Below the pieces are notes generated by a model. That model did no database searches. It had not been told where the DNA came from and saw only the letters and a program-made list of their open reading frames with translations. The translations under genes and the position numbers were made by a program. This document shows, in pieces, positions 1-9,827 of a DNA stretch of 64,000 nucleotides; position 1 is the first letter of the stretch; each line of letters begins with the position of its first letter. Where the stretch lies: assembly GCA_963798085.1 (NCBI GenBank), contig CAWCRS010000005.1, positions 480,001 through 544,000 on the forward strand, given 5' to 3'. The stretch is from an uncultured Gemmatimonadales bacterium. GTDB lineage: Bacteria; Gemmatimonadota; Gemmatimonadetes; Longimicrobiales; RSA9.

Positions 1-1203
1 GTCGAAGTGCACCTGGGCGAGGTGACGTCCATCAATGGGGCCGCGCAGGAAATCGATGTGCACGGCGAGCGCGTCGCGTACGACTACCTCGTTCTGGCAA
101 CCGGGCTGCGCACGTCGTACTTCGGCCACGACGAGTGGGAAGCGCTGGCGCCCGGTCTCAAGACGGTGGAGGACGCGATCGAGATTCGTGCGCGCTTCCT
201 CAATGCGTTCGAGCACGCGGAATGGGAGAAGGACGAGGAGACGCGCGCGCGGCTGCTGACATTCGTCGTCGTGGGTGGCGGCTCGACGGGGATGGAGCTG
301 GCCGGCTCGATGGCGGGCATGGTGCGTGAGACGCTGCGCGGCGATTTCCGCAACATCGACACGAGCAAGGCGAAGATCGTGCTGGTGGAAGCGGCAGCGC
401 AGGTGCTGCCGGGCTTCCCGCCGGATCTGGCGGCGAAGGCGAAACGGCAGATCGAGCGGCTCGGCGTCGAGGTGCGCCTCGGACAGCGCGTGACGGATGT
501 CGACGCGCGCGGCATTCTGCTGGGTGACGAACGGATCGAAGCGGCGAACGTGTTCTGGGCGGCGGGCGTGACGGCGAATCCGCTGGGGCGCTCGCTGGGC
601 GCGTCGCTGGATGCGTCGGGACGGGTGCATGTGCAGCGCGACTGCTCGGTGCCGGGACAGCCCGCTGTCTTCGTCATTGGCGACGTGGCGCATTTCGAGG
701 AGAGCGGCCGCAACATCACGGGCGTCGCGCCGGCCGCGATCCAAATGGCGCATTTCGTGGCCCGGCAGATCGGCCGCGACATGCGGGGTCAAGCGCGCGG
801 CGAGTTCCGTTATTTCGACAAGGGCACGGCCGCGACGATCGGTCGCGCCGCGGCCGTCGCACGCAGCGGTCGCCTGCGCATCAGTGGCTTCCCGGCGTGG
901 CTGATCTGGGTGCTGCTGCACATCGTCTATCTCACCACGTTCCGCAACCGCCTTGCCGTGACGGCGCAATGGCTGGTGGCGTGGTTCGCGGGCAAGAAAG
1001 GCGTGCGGCTGATCACGGAGCACTGGCAGCCGGCGCACGGGAGCGAGGGGGGCGTTACGTGCGACGAAGCGACGGCGCAGCGGCCGGACCCGCAGCGGGA
1101 GCAGCGTCGCCTGTACGGACGGCACCGGACCGCGCTGCAACCGCGCGGTTCGGACGGGGACGGGGGCGCCACGCACAACGGTACGCACGCCGGGCGAGGG
1201 TAG
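1..1203 (+). CDS. ndh: Type II NADH dehydrogenase (NAD(P)/FAD-dependent oxidoreductase), 5' end truncated by the window edge
   Basis: Motifs YDYLVLATG, VVVGGGSTGMELAG, FVIGD, APAAIQ, YFDKGTAATIGR. Confidence 0.9.
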   Translation, partial: VEVHLGEVTSINGAAQEIDVHGERVAYDYLVLATGLRTSYFGHDEWEALAPGLKTVEDAIEIRARFLNAFEHAEWEKDEETRARLLTFVVVGGGSTGMELAGSMAGMVRETLRGDFRNIDTSKAKIVLVEAAAQVLPGFPPDLAAKAKRQIERLGVEVRLGQRVTDVDARGILLGDERIEAANVFWAAGVTANPLGRSLGASLDASGRVHVQRDCSVPGQPAVFVIGDVAHFEESGRNITGVAPAAIQMAHFVARQIGRDMRGQARGEFRYFDKGTAATIGRAAAVARSGRLRISGFPAWLIWVLLHIVYLTTFRNRLAVTAQWLVAWFAGKKGVRLITEHWQPAHGSEGGVTCDEATAQRPDPQREQRRLYGRHRTALQPRGSDGDGGATHNGTHAGRG

Positions 1204-1341
1204 CGGTTTCGGTCGCGACCGCCTACCGTTCGATCGCTCCGGTCGGACAACTCCAGCACAGCCCGGCAACCCGCGGCGGTCTCGACAGAGCGCGGCTACG
1301 CGGGCGAGTTGCCCCTCCTTCCCCGAACCGCGGAGGGCATC

Positions 1342-1908
1342 ATGATTCCGGCGCAGATCGCAGTTTCGGTCCGGCACCACTCGTGGCTGTTCCTCCTGCG
1401 CGGCGTCGCCGCCATCGCCTTTGCTGTGCTGACCCTGCTCTGGCCGGGCGCGACACTGGTCGTGCTCATGGCATTCATCGCCGCGTACGCGCTGGTTGAT
1501 GGTGTGGTAACACTGCTGTTTGCGTCACGGCTGCGGCACACGTTCCCGCGCTGGTGGGTGCTGCTGCTGCAGGGCGCGATCAGCACGGCCTTCGGCGTGC
1601 TCGCTTTCATCCACCCGACGCTGTCGCTGCTCTACCTCGTGCTGTGCGTTTCGCTCTGGATGCTGCTGGCCAGCGTGGGGCAGTTCATGCTGGCGTCGGC
1701 GCAGAAGGCGATGGGCGCGCGCCACGGGCTGAGCATTGTCGGCGGCGTGCTGAGCCTGGCGCTGGCGATTGCGGCCGTCGTGTTCCCGGGCCTCACCGTA
1801 GCGACGGTGCTCGTGCTGGTCGCGTGGTTCGCGCTCATGATGGGCATCGTGCAGCTCATGGTGGCGTGGCGGGCGCACAACTTCGCGGGCGCACTCTCCG
1901 CTGCGTGA
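1342..1908 (+). CDS. HdeD/DUF308 family membrane protein
   Basis: Two repeated hydrophobic units (WLFLLRGVAAIAF...WP; WWVLLLQGAIS...HP); GGAGG upstream of ATG 1342. Confidence 0.8.
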   Translation: MIPAQIAVSVRHHSWLFLLRGVAAIAFAVLTLLWPGATLVVLMAFIAAYALVDGVVTLLFASRLRHTFPRWWVLLLQGAISTAFGVLAFIHPTLSLLYLVLCVSLWMLLASVGQFMLASAQKAMGARHGLSIVGGVLSLALAIAAVVFPGLTVATVLVLVAWFALMMGIVQLMVAWRAHNFAGALSAA

Positions 1909-1941
1909 CGCGCTGAGCTGAACGAGGGCGGCGCGCAGAGC

Positions 1942-3391
1942 TTGTCGACCACGAGCATCGTCCCGCTGGCCATTGTCATTGTCCACGGCGTGCTCGCGGT
2001 GGGCGTGTCCGGTCACATCGTGCTGACGAAGGAGGACGCGCGCGGCGCCATCAGCTGGGTGGGTCTGGTCTGGCTGACACCCGTGCTCGGCTCCGTGCTG
2101 TACGTCTCCTTCGGCATCAACCGGATCCGGCGGCGAGCCGGCCGCATGCGGCGTGACAATTCCCCGCCCGCGCTGCTCTCGCCGCCGCCTGCGGACGCGG
2201 CGGCGGCAGCCGCGTGGCTGCTGCCCGCGGTGTATCCGGCGCCGCTCCAGTCACTGGCCGCACTGGCAGGCGCGGTGTCGCGTCTGCCGCTGACGGCGGA
2301 GAACGCGCTCGAGCCGCTGCAGAACGGTGATGCCGCGTATCCGGCCATGCTCGCAGCCATTGATGGTGCGGCGCACAGTGTCGCCCTGATGACGTACATC
2401 TTCGACCGCGGCCAGGTGGCGGACTGGTTCACGGTGGCGCTGGAGCGGGCCGTCAAACGCGGCGTCAGGGTGCGCGTGCTGATCGACGGTGTGGGCTCGC
2501 GCTACAGCCGGCCACCCATGTGGAAGACGCTGCGCGCTCACGATATCGAGGTGGCGCTCTTCCTGCCCAGCCACATGCCCGTGCTGCAGCCGTACGTGAA
2601 TCTGCGCAATCACCGCAAGCTCATGGTGGTGGACGGGCGCACGGCCTTCTGCGGCGGTCTCAATGTGCGCGACGAATGCATGCTCGCGCTGCGCACGCGC
2701 GAGCCCACGCAGGACCTGCACTTCCGCATCACGGGGCCCGTGGTGCGCCAGCTGATGGCCACGTTCGCGTTCGACTGGAACTTCACGACGAGCGAGACAC
2801 TGGCGGGCGATATCTGGTTTCCCACCCTCTCCGCGGCGGGCGATGCGTGCGCCCGTGGTATTGCGGACGGACCGGACGAGGACTACGAAGCACTGCTGCT
2901 CGTGCTGCTGGGCGGGCTGGCAGCCGCGACGAAATCCGTGCGCGTGATGACACCGTATTTCCTGCCCGATCCGCCGCTGATCGACGCGCTGCGCGTGGCG
3001 GCGCTGCGCGGCGTGCGCGTGGAGATCGTGCTGCCATCGAAGGGCAACCTGCGCGCGGTGCAGTGGGCAGCGATGGGCCAGCTGGGCCAGGTGCTGCGCG
3101 GCGGCTGCACGGTGTACCTCACACCACCACCGTTCGACCACACGAAGCTCATGGTGGTGGATGGCCGTCTGGTCGCTGATCGGCTCCGCCAACTGGGACC
3201 CGCGCAGCCTGCGCCTCAACTTCGAGTACTGCGTCGAGAGCTACGGCGAGGCACTGGCCGCGCGCCTCGATGGGCTGATCAATGCGAAGATCGCGAACGC
3301 CCAGAAGCTCACGCTGGCGGAACTGGACGCCCGCAGCCTGGCGGTGAAGCTGCGCGACGGCGTGGCCAGGCTGGCGCAACCGTACCTGTGA
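1942..3391 (+). CDS. Cardiolipin synthase-like phospholipase D, frameshift near 3165
   Basis: N-terminal TM pair; HKD motifs NHRKLMVVDG and DHTKLMVVDG; C-terminus (WSLIGSANWDPRSLRLNFE...PYL) continues in ORF 3161..3391. Confidence 0.88.
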
Positions 3392-3537
3392 TGCGGCGGC
3401 AGAAGCGCAGCGTACGCCAGATCGGCTGCCGGAGCGAACAGGACGTTGACCCGTATCGTCGCCTGCAGCAGTTTCAACGGATGACAGGCGACAATGGGTG
3501 TGTCACGTTGCACGCGCCACGAACCCGCGATTCCGTG

Positions 3538-4290
3538 ATGGTGGATGGCGCTGCGGCGGTGGGCCGGCGCGCATTCCTGCGACGGCTGGGCGCGGCGGCC
3601 GGCGGTCTGGCGGCGCTCGCACCGCTGCGCGCGCTGGCGGCACCGTTGTCCCGGGCCGGCAGTGGACCGGGCGCGTACGAGTTCGCGTTCGCGCGGCTGC
3701 GCTACGATTCCGGTGACTGGGATTACAATCCCAAGGTGTGCGCCAACGTGCTGGATGCGGTGCTGCAGTACACGCAGATCCCGGTGCACCAGCAGGAGGT
3801 GGTGATCACGGCGGATTCCGCCGAGCTGCAGGCATTTCCCTTTCTGTTCATGACCGGGCACAAGCTGGTGCGCTTCAGCGAGCGCGAGCGCGCGGGCCTG
3901 GTGCGCTTCGTCGACAACGGCGGCCTGCTGTTCTCCGACGATTGCAATCACGACGTGAACGGACTCTACGCGAAGTCGTTCGAGGCGGAGATGCGGCGCG
4001 CGTTCCCGGGCGACGATGGGATGCCGAAGATTCCCAATCAGCACGCGCTCTACCACGCGTTCTTCCGTTTTCCCGAGGGGCCGCCGCAGACCAGCCAGGA
4101 ACTGAATGGCTGGGGCGACGACATCATTCACGATTATCTGCGCGGCGTCGAGCGGCGCGGCCGCCTCGGGGTCATCTACTCGAACAAGGACTACGGCTGC
4201 GAGTGGGACTACGACTGGCGCAACAAGCGATTCCGCTCGCGGGACAACACGCGGTTCGCGGTGAACCTCGTCGTCTACGCGATGACGTAG
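3538..4290 (+). CDS. DUF4159 domain protein with twin-arginine signal
   Basis: RRAFLRRLGAAAGG signal; FAFARLRYDSGDWD, PFLFMTGH, GGLLFSDDC, YSNKDYGCEW. Confidence 0.8.
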   Translation: MVDGAAAVGRRAFLRRLGAAAGGLAALAPLRALAAPLSRAGSGPGAYEFAFARLRYDSGDWDYNPKVCANVLDAVLQYTQIPVHQQEVVITADSAELQAFPFLFMTGHKLVRFSERERAGLVRFVDNGGLLFSDDCNHDVNGLYAKSFEAEMRRAFPGDDGMPKIPNQHALYHAFFRFPEGPPQTSQELNGWGDDIIHDYLRGVERRGRLGVIYSNKDYGCEWDYDWRNKRFRSRDNTRFAVNLVVYAMT

Positions 4291-4842
4291 CGCAGCGGGC
4301 CGCCCGGTGGCCCCCGCGCGGATTCGACGCATTTCGCACACGGAGCCTTCCCCGCCTGCGGCATGCAGCGCGATCCCGACAAAAGCCCTTCGGCCGAATC
4401 CCATGGGGACGGCACGCCAGCCAAACCGACTGGTTCCATCCGGCATGCGGACAATGCAGCGTGAAATTCGCGCGCGCACACCTCCTCCGGAGAGGCCGAT
4501 GCCCGGCGTTTCGGCCGGGATCCGCCTGATCGCGCCGGCTTCATCCGGCCGCCCGGCGTGGCGCACGTTCGATCGCGCGGTCCTGATCCGCGCCGCACGG
4601 CTGGAGGCGCGATCGCTCGCCCGTTCTGCACTGAACGTCGGGCGGGTGGTGTCGGCGCAAATCCGCTCGGCACTCCTGCACCCCGCGGGGCTGTCAGGCA
4701 CGTGCCCGCTCGTCTGGCCGACCTCTCCGGCAGCGCGTATGCTACACGGCGTTGGCCGCAGCCTCCCGTGCGCCCGTAACGGCTGCCTGGTCCATCGGTG
4801 GCAACACCCGCCGAGTGCAATCTGCTCAAGGAGTCACGTGTG

Positions 4843-7800
4843 ATGAACGCTGCACGCATGCGCCGCCCACGCTCGCTGCCCGCGGCCCTGGGGTTCGCCG
4901 TCCTGCTGTTCTCAGCGGCCGCACTGCCGGCGCAGCAGATGGTCACGGAGACGCGCGACCCGAAGCAGACAGCAGGACGACGATTTCGCGAAGGCGTACA
5001 CGGAATGGACGGGCGGGTCCGAGTACGGCAGCCCGCTCGTCGACCACCTGCCGACGCGTGGCGGGCATTCCCACGCCGAAGGACGTGCTGGGCTACTACA
5101 TCGGCGCGCCGCGCAAGCTGACATACTACGCGGACATCCTGAAGTACTACCGCGCGCTCGCCGCCGCGACGCCGCGCGTGAAGGTGGAGACGATCGGACA
5201 AGTCGGACGAAGGCCGCGAGCTGGTGGTGGTGTGGGTGTCGTCGGACGAGAACATTCAGGAACCTGTCGCAGAACCGCGCGAACCTGGCGAAGCTCGCGG
5301 ATCCGCGCGGCCTTTCGCGATGCGCAGATCAAGCAGCTGATCGCAGACGACGAAGCCGCACTACCATCTGATGGGCGGTCTGCACAGCGGCGAGACGGGC
5401 CCATCGGAAATGCTCATGGAGCTGGTCTACCGCCTGGCGACGAGACATCGCCGCTCATCACGCAGATCCGCAACAACGTGATCGTGTCGATGACGCCGGC
5501 GGCGGAGCCGGATGGCCGTGATCGCAACGTCGACTGGTTCTATCACGGTCTCGACTTCGAGGCGGAGCAGCGTGCGGCGGGCGCCGGTGCGGCGGACAGC
5601 GCGGCGAGCGATGTCGGCGGCGGCGGCGGCGGGCGAGGCGGACCGGGCGGGCGAGGCGGCGGTGTGGGCGGCCTGCCGTACTGGGGCAAGTACGTGTATC
5701 ACGACAACAACCGCGACATCAATCTCTCGCAGATCTCGATGCGCGCGATCACCGACTGGTACTTCACCGCGCACCCGCCGATCATGCACGACCTGCACGA
5801 GGCGCAGGCGCTGATGTACACGTACAGCGGCGGGCCGCCGCAGAATCCGAATCTCGATCCCGCTGCTCTTCGCCGAGCTTCCGTTCTTCTCGAACTGGGA
5901 GCTGGCGCAGATGACGAAGTGGGGCATGCCGGGCGTCTACACGCACGCGTTCATGGACGGCTGGTCACCCGGTTACCTCGGCTCCGTCGCGTACAACCAC
6001 AACGGCATGATGCGGATGTACGAGACGCAATCGGGCCGGGACCCGAATCCGGACTCGGTGGCGACGGCGGGACGCGGGCGCGGCGCGGGAGCGGCAGGAC
6101 TCGAGCTCGAGCGCGCGCGGTCGTGGCGCGGGCGCGGCTGACTCGGCGCTGCAGGCCGTGGTGGACGTGGCGGCAACGGCCGCGGACGCGGGCGAGGCGC
6201 AGGCGCCGGGAACGGCCGGGGCGCGGCGGCGGACAGCTCGCGCTAGCACGGGTGGTGGCGCGCGCGGGTCGCGGCGCGGGGACGGGACGTGGCGGGCCGC
6301 CCGACGGCTTCGGTCGTGGACGCGGCGGCGTTCCCGACGGGCCGTGGCGGCGGGCAGCCGCGCGAATGGTACCGCGGCATCCCCATTCCGCCCAACGCGG
6401 TGAACGAACTTCACCCGTCGCGACAACACGAACTACATGGAGACGGGCGTTCTGTCGGCGCTGCAGCTCACGTCGATGTTCCCGAACCTCGTGCTGCGAG
6501 AACTTCTACGTGAAGACGCGCAACTCGATCGAGGATGGGAAGACGAAGGCGCCGTACGGCTACGTGATTCCCGGTGCAGCGGGACATGACGCGCGCCGGT
6601 GGTGCTCGTCAACATCCTGCGGGCGCAGGGCATCGAGGTGGGGCAGCTCTCGTCGAATACGACGGTGGGCAGCGATACGCTGAAAGCGGGCTCCTACGTG
6701 ATCAAGCTGGACCAGCCGTACGGGCGGCTCGCGAAGAACCTGCTCGAGAAGCAGGACTATCCCGATCCCGCGCTGAGCACGTACGACGACAGCGGCTGGA
6801 CGATGGGCTTCGCCTTCAACGTCGACGTCAAGCAGATCGATGACAAGGCGATCCTCGACGTCCGCGTGACGCCGGTCAAGCAGGCGGAGTGGCACGGCAC
6901 GGGTGAGCGGCAACGGCAACGCCGGCATCGCGGTCGCGCACTACGGCTCGAACAACATGATCACGTTCCGCTACCGCCTGAAGAACGTGGCGATGAAGAT
7001 CGCGGAAGAGCCGTTCACGGCGGAGGGCGTCGACGTTCCCGGCGGGTTCGTTCATCGTGACCGGCTCGGCGGCGGATCTGCAGGCCGCGCGCGCGGCGGC
7101 GGAGACGCTCGGGCTGACGGCTGCAGCGCTCTCATCGTTGCCCACGGTGCCGACGCACGACGGCGATGTACCGCGCGTGGCCATCTACTCGCAGTGGAGC
7201 GGCACGCAGGAGCTGGGCTGGTACCGCCATGCCTTCGACCAGTTCGGCATCCCCTTCGACCTGATCTTCAAGGACCGCGTCGAGAAGGGCAACCTGAAGG
7301 CGGACTACGACGTGATCGTGATGGCGGCGCAGAACATTCAACCGGACGGGCGTGCTGGCGAAGCCCGCCGCGCATCCTCAGCCCTACCAGCAGAGCGACA
7401 AGTACAAGTTCCTGGGCATGTACGGCTCGACGCCCGACATGAGCGGCGGCTTCGGCGAGGCGGGCGTGGAAGCGTTCGGGAAGTTCCTCGGACCAGGGCG
7501 GCACGCTGATCGCCACCCTGCAGGCGGTGCGGTTCCCGATCGAGTTCGGCTTCGCGCACACCATCGACACGGAAGCGCCCACGGGCGTGAACGCGCAGAA
7601 GCCGCTGATCCAGGCGGAGATCAAGCGCACGGATCACCCGGTGTTCTACGGCTACGCAGGACAGGATCTTTCCCGATCAAGTTCGGGCAGGGCTCACAGG
7701 TCTTCCGTGTGGGCGTGGCCGATCAGGGCAACGTGCTCGCGGAGTACGTGGGCGGCGACGCGTCGGTGCTGAGCGGGCTCGATGGTGGGCGCGGACAATC

Positions 7801-8015
7801 TGCGCGGCAAGGCGTTCGCGGTGGATGTGCCCAGCGCGTACAACGGGCATGGGCGCGTGATGATGTTCGCGAACAACCCGATCTACCGCTGGCAGAACCA
7901 CGGCGAGTTCAACATGGTTTTCAACTCGATTCTGAACTGGAACGACGTGCCGGCGGCGCCGCCGCTGACGCCGGCGGCGACGGCGGGGCAGGCGGGGGGG
8001 CGGGGCGGGCGGTAG
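4843..8015 (+). CDS. Secreted M14-family zinc carboxypeptidase-like protein, multiply frameshifted
   Basis: Signal peptide; HSGE motif (cacagcggcgag near 5383); EPDGRD, DNNRD, HDLHE; C-terminal FANNPIYRWQNHG segment; pieces in ORFs 4798, 4752, 5911, 6599, 6903, 7057, 7352, 7527, 7782. Confidence 0.8.
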
Positions 8016-8018
8016 CAC

Positions 8019-8234
8019 CGGACCGTCTTGGCGTTCTTGGGTTTGGCACATTGCGCCATGACCCTGGACGTCGATGTCGGCCCGGCCAGAAACGCCCGGG
8101 TCCCGGCTCGCCATTGGAACCAGCTGACGTGGCGTTAGAATGGTCCGGGCGCACAATGCAGGGCCGTAGTGTGCCCCGGAGCGGTCCGGGGCATGGATGA
8201 ATCGGCCATAACCCAAGAACGCCAAGACGGTCCG
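8019..8234. repeat. Palindromic intergenic element with perfect 25-bp terminal inverted repeats
   Basis: cggaccgtcttggcgttcttgggtt (8019-8043) is the exact reverse complement of 8210-8234; nested inner stems. Confidence 0.85.
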
Positions 8235-8247
8235 ACGCCCAGACGGC

Positions 8248-9789
8248 CTACTTCACACCGCTGAGCAGACGATCCGTCAGCCGGTCCGACAGCGACTTCG
8301 CGTCCAGCGACGCATTGTTGGTCAGGACGATGATGGTCGCGTGGCGGGACGGAATGCGCACGAACGCGTTGCGCCTGCCCTCCGCGGTGCCGTAGGCACT
8401 CACGCGCTCCACGCCGCTGTAGCTATCTGCAGTCCAGCCACGTGCGCCGTCGAACTCGCCGTTAGTGCCGGCGCCGCCACCGCGGGCGAACGTGCGCGGG
8501 CTCTCCAGCCCGAGCGCCAGGCGATACAGCTCGTCCACGTCGGACATCACCTGCCCATCCTCCGTCGCGTTCGTCTTGTGCATGCCGATGGGGGTGGAGA
8601 CACGGCGGGTCACACAGCTCTGCAGCGGCGTGAGCGGCGGGCCGCCGCGTCCGCCCCGGCCTGCGCCGCGGCCCGTGCTGTCTCCCGGCGGGTTGCCCCG
8701 CGCGGGCGCTTCCGGCAGCTGCTCGCAGATGGACGAAAAGACGTCGCCTATCCTGCCCAGCGGAAACTGCGGCACGGTGGTGGTGGGCATGTACTTCGGC
8801 TGATCGGGAATCCCGTACGACCGGTCGATGAAGACCTTGCCGCCCTGTGCCACGAGCACGGTGGCGCCGCCGGCCGAGGCGTCGTTGTACTTGCGGAACA
8901 GCGAATCCACGAACGCCGGCTTGACGGGTGACTCATCCACGGCCCGGTGCATGACGTGACGCGTGGCCAGGTTGTAGCGGTCGCCGGGGTGCAGCGTCAG
9001 GAATGGCTTGTTAGCATCCGGCTGGTCATGGCCGCCGTACACGAACGCCTTGTTACGGCCGATGATGGTGGCGGTGTCGCCCTGCACCACCCAGGCGGTG
9101 CCTTCGTCCTCGGACATGCCCAGCAGCTGCGGGTATTTCGGCATGATGGAATCGGCGAGGTCGGGCAGGCGCTCACGCGCGACGACATGCTGGTCAATGC
9201 CCACGCCGCGCAGGTACGCGAAGCCCTTCTCGTAGCCCGGGTAGTCCATGATGAAGTTGTTGTTGGAGGGCGCGCCCCGCACCAGGAAATCGCCCAGGAT
9301 GGTGGCGCCCGCGGAGGAACCGGCGATCACGCCGCCACGTGCCAGCACATTGTTGAAGGCCTGTTCCGTCTTCGTGCCCGCGTAGGCATCGACAAGATGG
9401 TACTGCCGGCCACCCTCGAACCACACACCGCGCGCGCGCTTCAATACGGCAACGAACGCATTGCTGTCCGCGACCTTGCGATCAATCGTGTGCAGCACGA
9501 CCACATTGTGTGCACCGGCCTGTTTCCAGCCGCGCGAGCTGCCTGTCTCCTCGCCGTACACGGAGTCGCCGCCCGCCGTGGGCACATCGACGATGAGTGC
9601 GTCCGGACCGCCCGCCGCCTCAATGAACTTCGCGTAGATCTCCGGGCCCATCGAGCCGCCACCCACAACGATCACCGTGCCGTGCGCGGGCCCCACCCTG
9701 ATCGCGGAAGCCTGGCGTCCGCTGTTCTGCGCGCAGACACAAACGGGAAGTGCGAGAATCGCGGCGAGTGAGCGGAATGCGAGTGTCAT
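8248..9789 (-). CDS. Secreted cyanophycinase-like S51 peptidase fused to a degenerate beta-lactamase-like domain
   Basis: VIVVGGG, VWFEGGRQ, GSSAGA nucleophile elbow, IDQH; C-terminal GGATVLVAQGGKV and TIIVLTN. Confidence 0.82.
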   Translation of the reverse strand: MTLAFRSLAAILALPVCVCAQNSGRQASAIRVGPAHGTVIVVGGGSMGPEIYAKFIEAAGGPDALIVDVPTAGGDSVYGEETGSSRGWKQAGAHNVVVLHTIDRKVADSNAFVAVLKRARGVWFEGGRQYHLVDAYAGTKTEQAFNNVLARGGVIAGSSAGATILGDFLVRGAPSNNNFIMDYPGYEKGFAYLRGVGIDQHVVARERLPDLADSIMPKYPQLLGMSEDEGTAWVVQGDTATIIGRNKAFVYGGHDQPDANKPFLTLHPGDRYNLATRHVMHRAVDESPVKPAFVDSLFRKYNDASAGGATVLVAQGGKVFIDRSYGIPDQPKYMPTTTVPQFPLGRIGDVFSSICEQLPEAPARGNPPGDSTGRGAGRGGRGGPPLTPLQSCVTRRVSTPIGMHKTNATEDGQVMSDVDELYRLALGLESPRTFARGGGAGTNGEFDGARGWTADSYSGVERVSAYGTAEGRRNAFVRIPSRHATIIVLTNNASLDAKSLSDRLTDRLLSGVK

Positions 9790-9827
9790 GGCTTCCTCGG
9801 CGGTTGTCGTGGGGCTGGGCGCTGCGC

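Noticed and set aside
1942..4290. 782-aa cardiolipin synthase-DUF4159 fusion in the ORF track
   Set aside because: Artefact of a frameshift near 3165. The true cls C-terminus ends at 3391 and DUF4159 has its own signal peptide.
4843..8015. Programmed frameshifting or pseudogenisation of M14 and the other split genes
   Set aside because: Indels also hit housekeeping genes, with no slippery-site pattern or accumulated nonsense decay; sequencing error is simpler.
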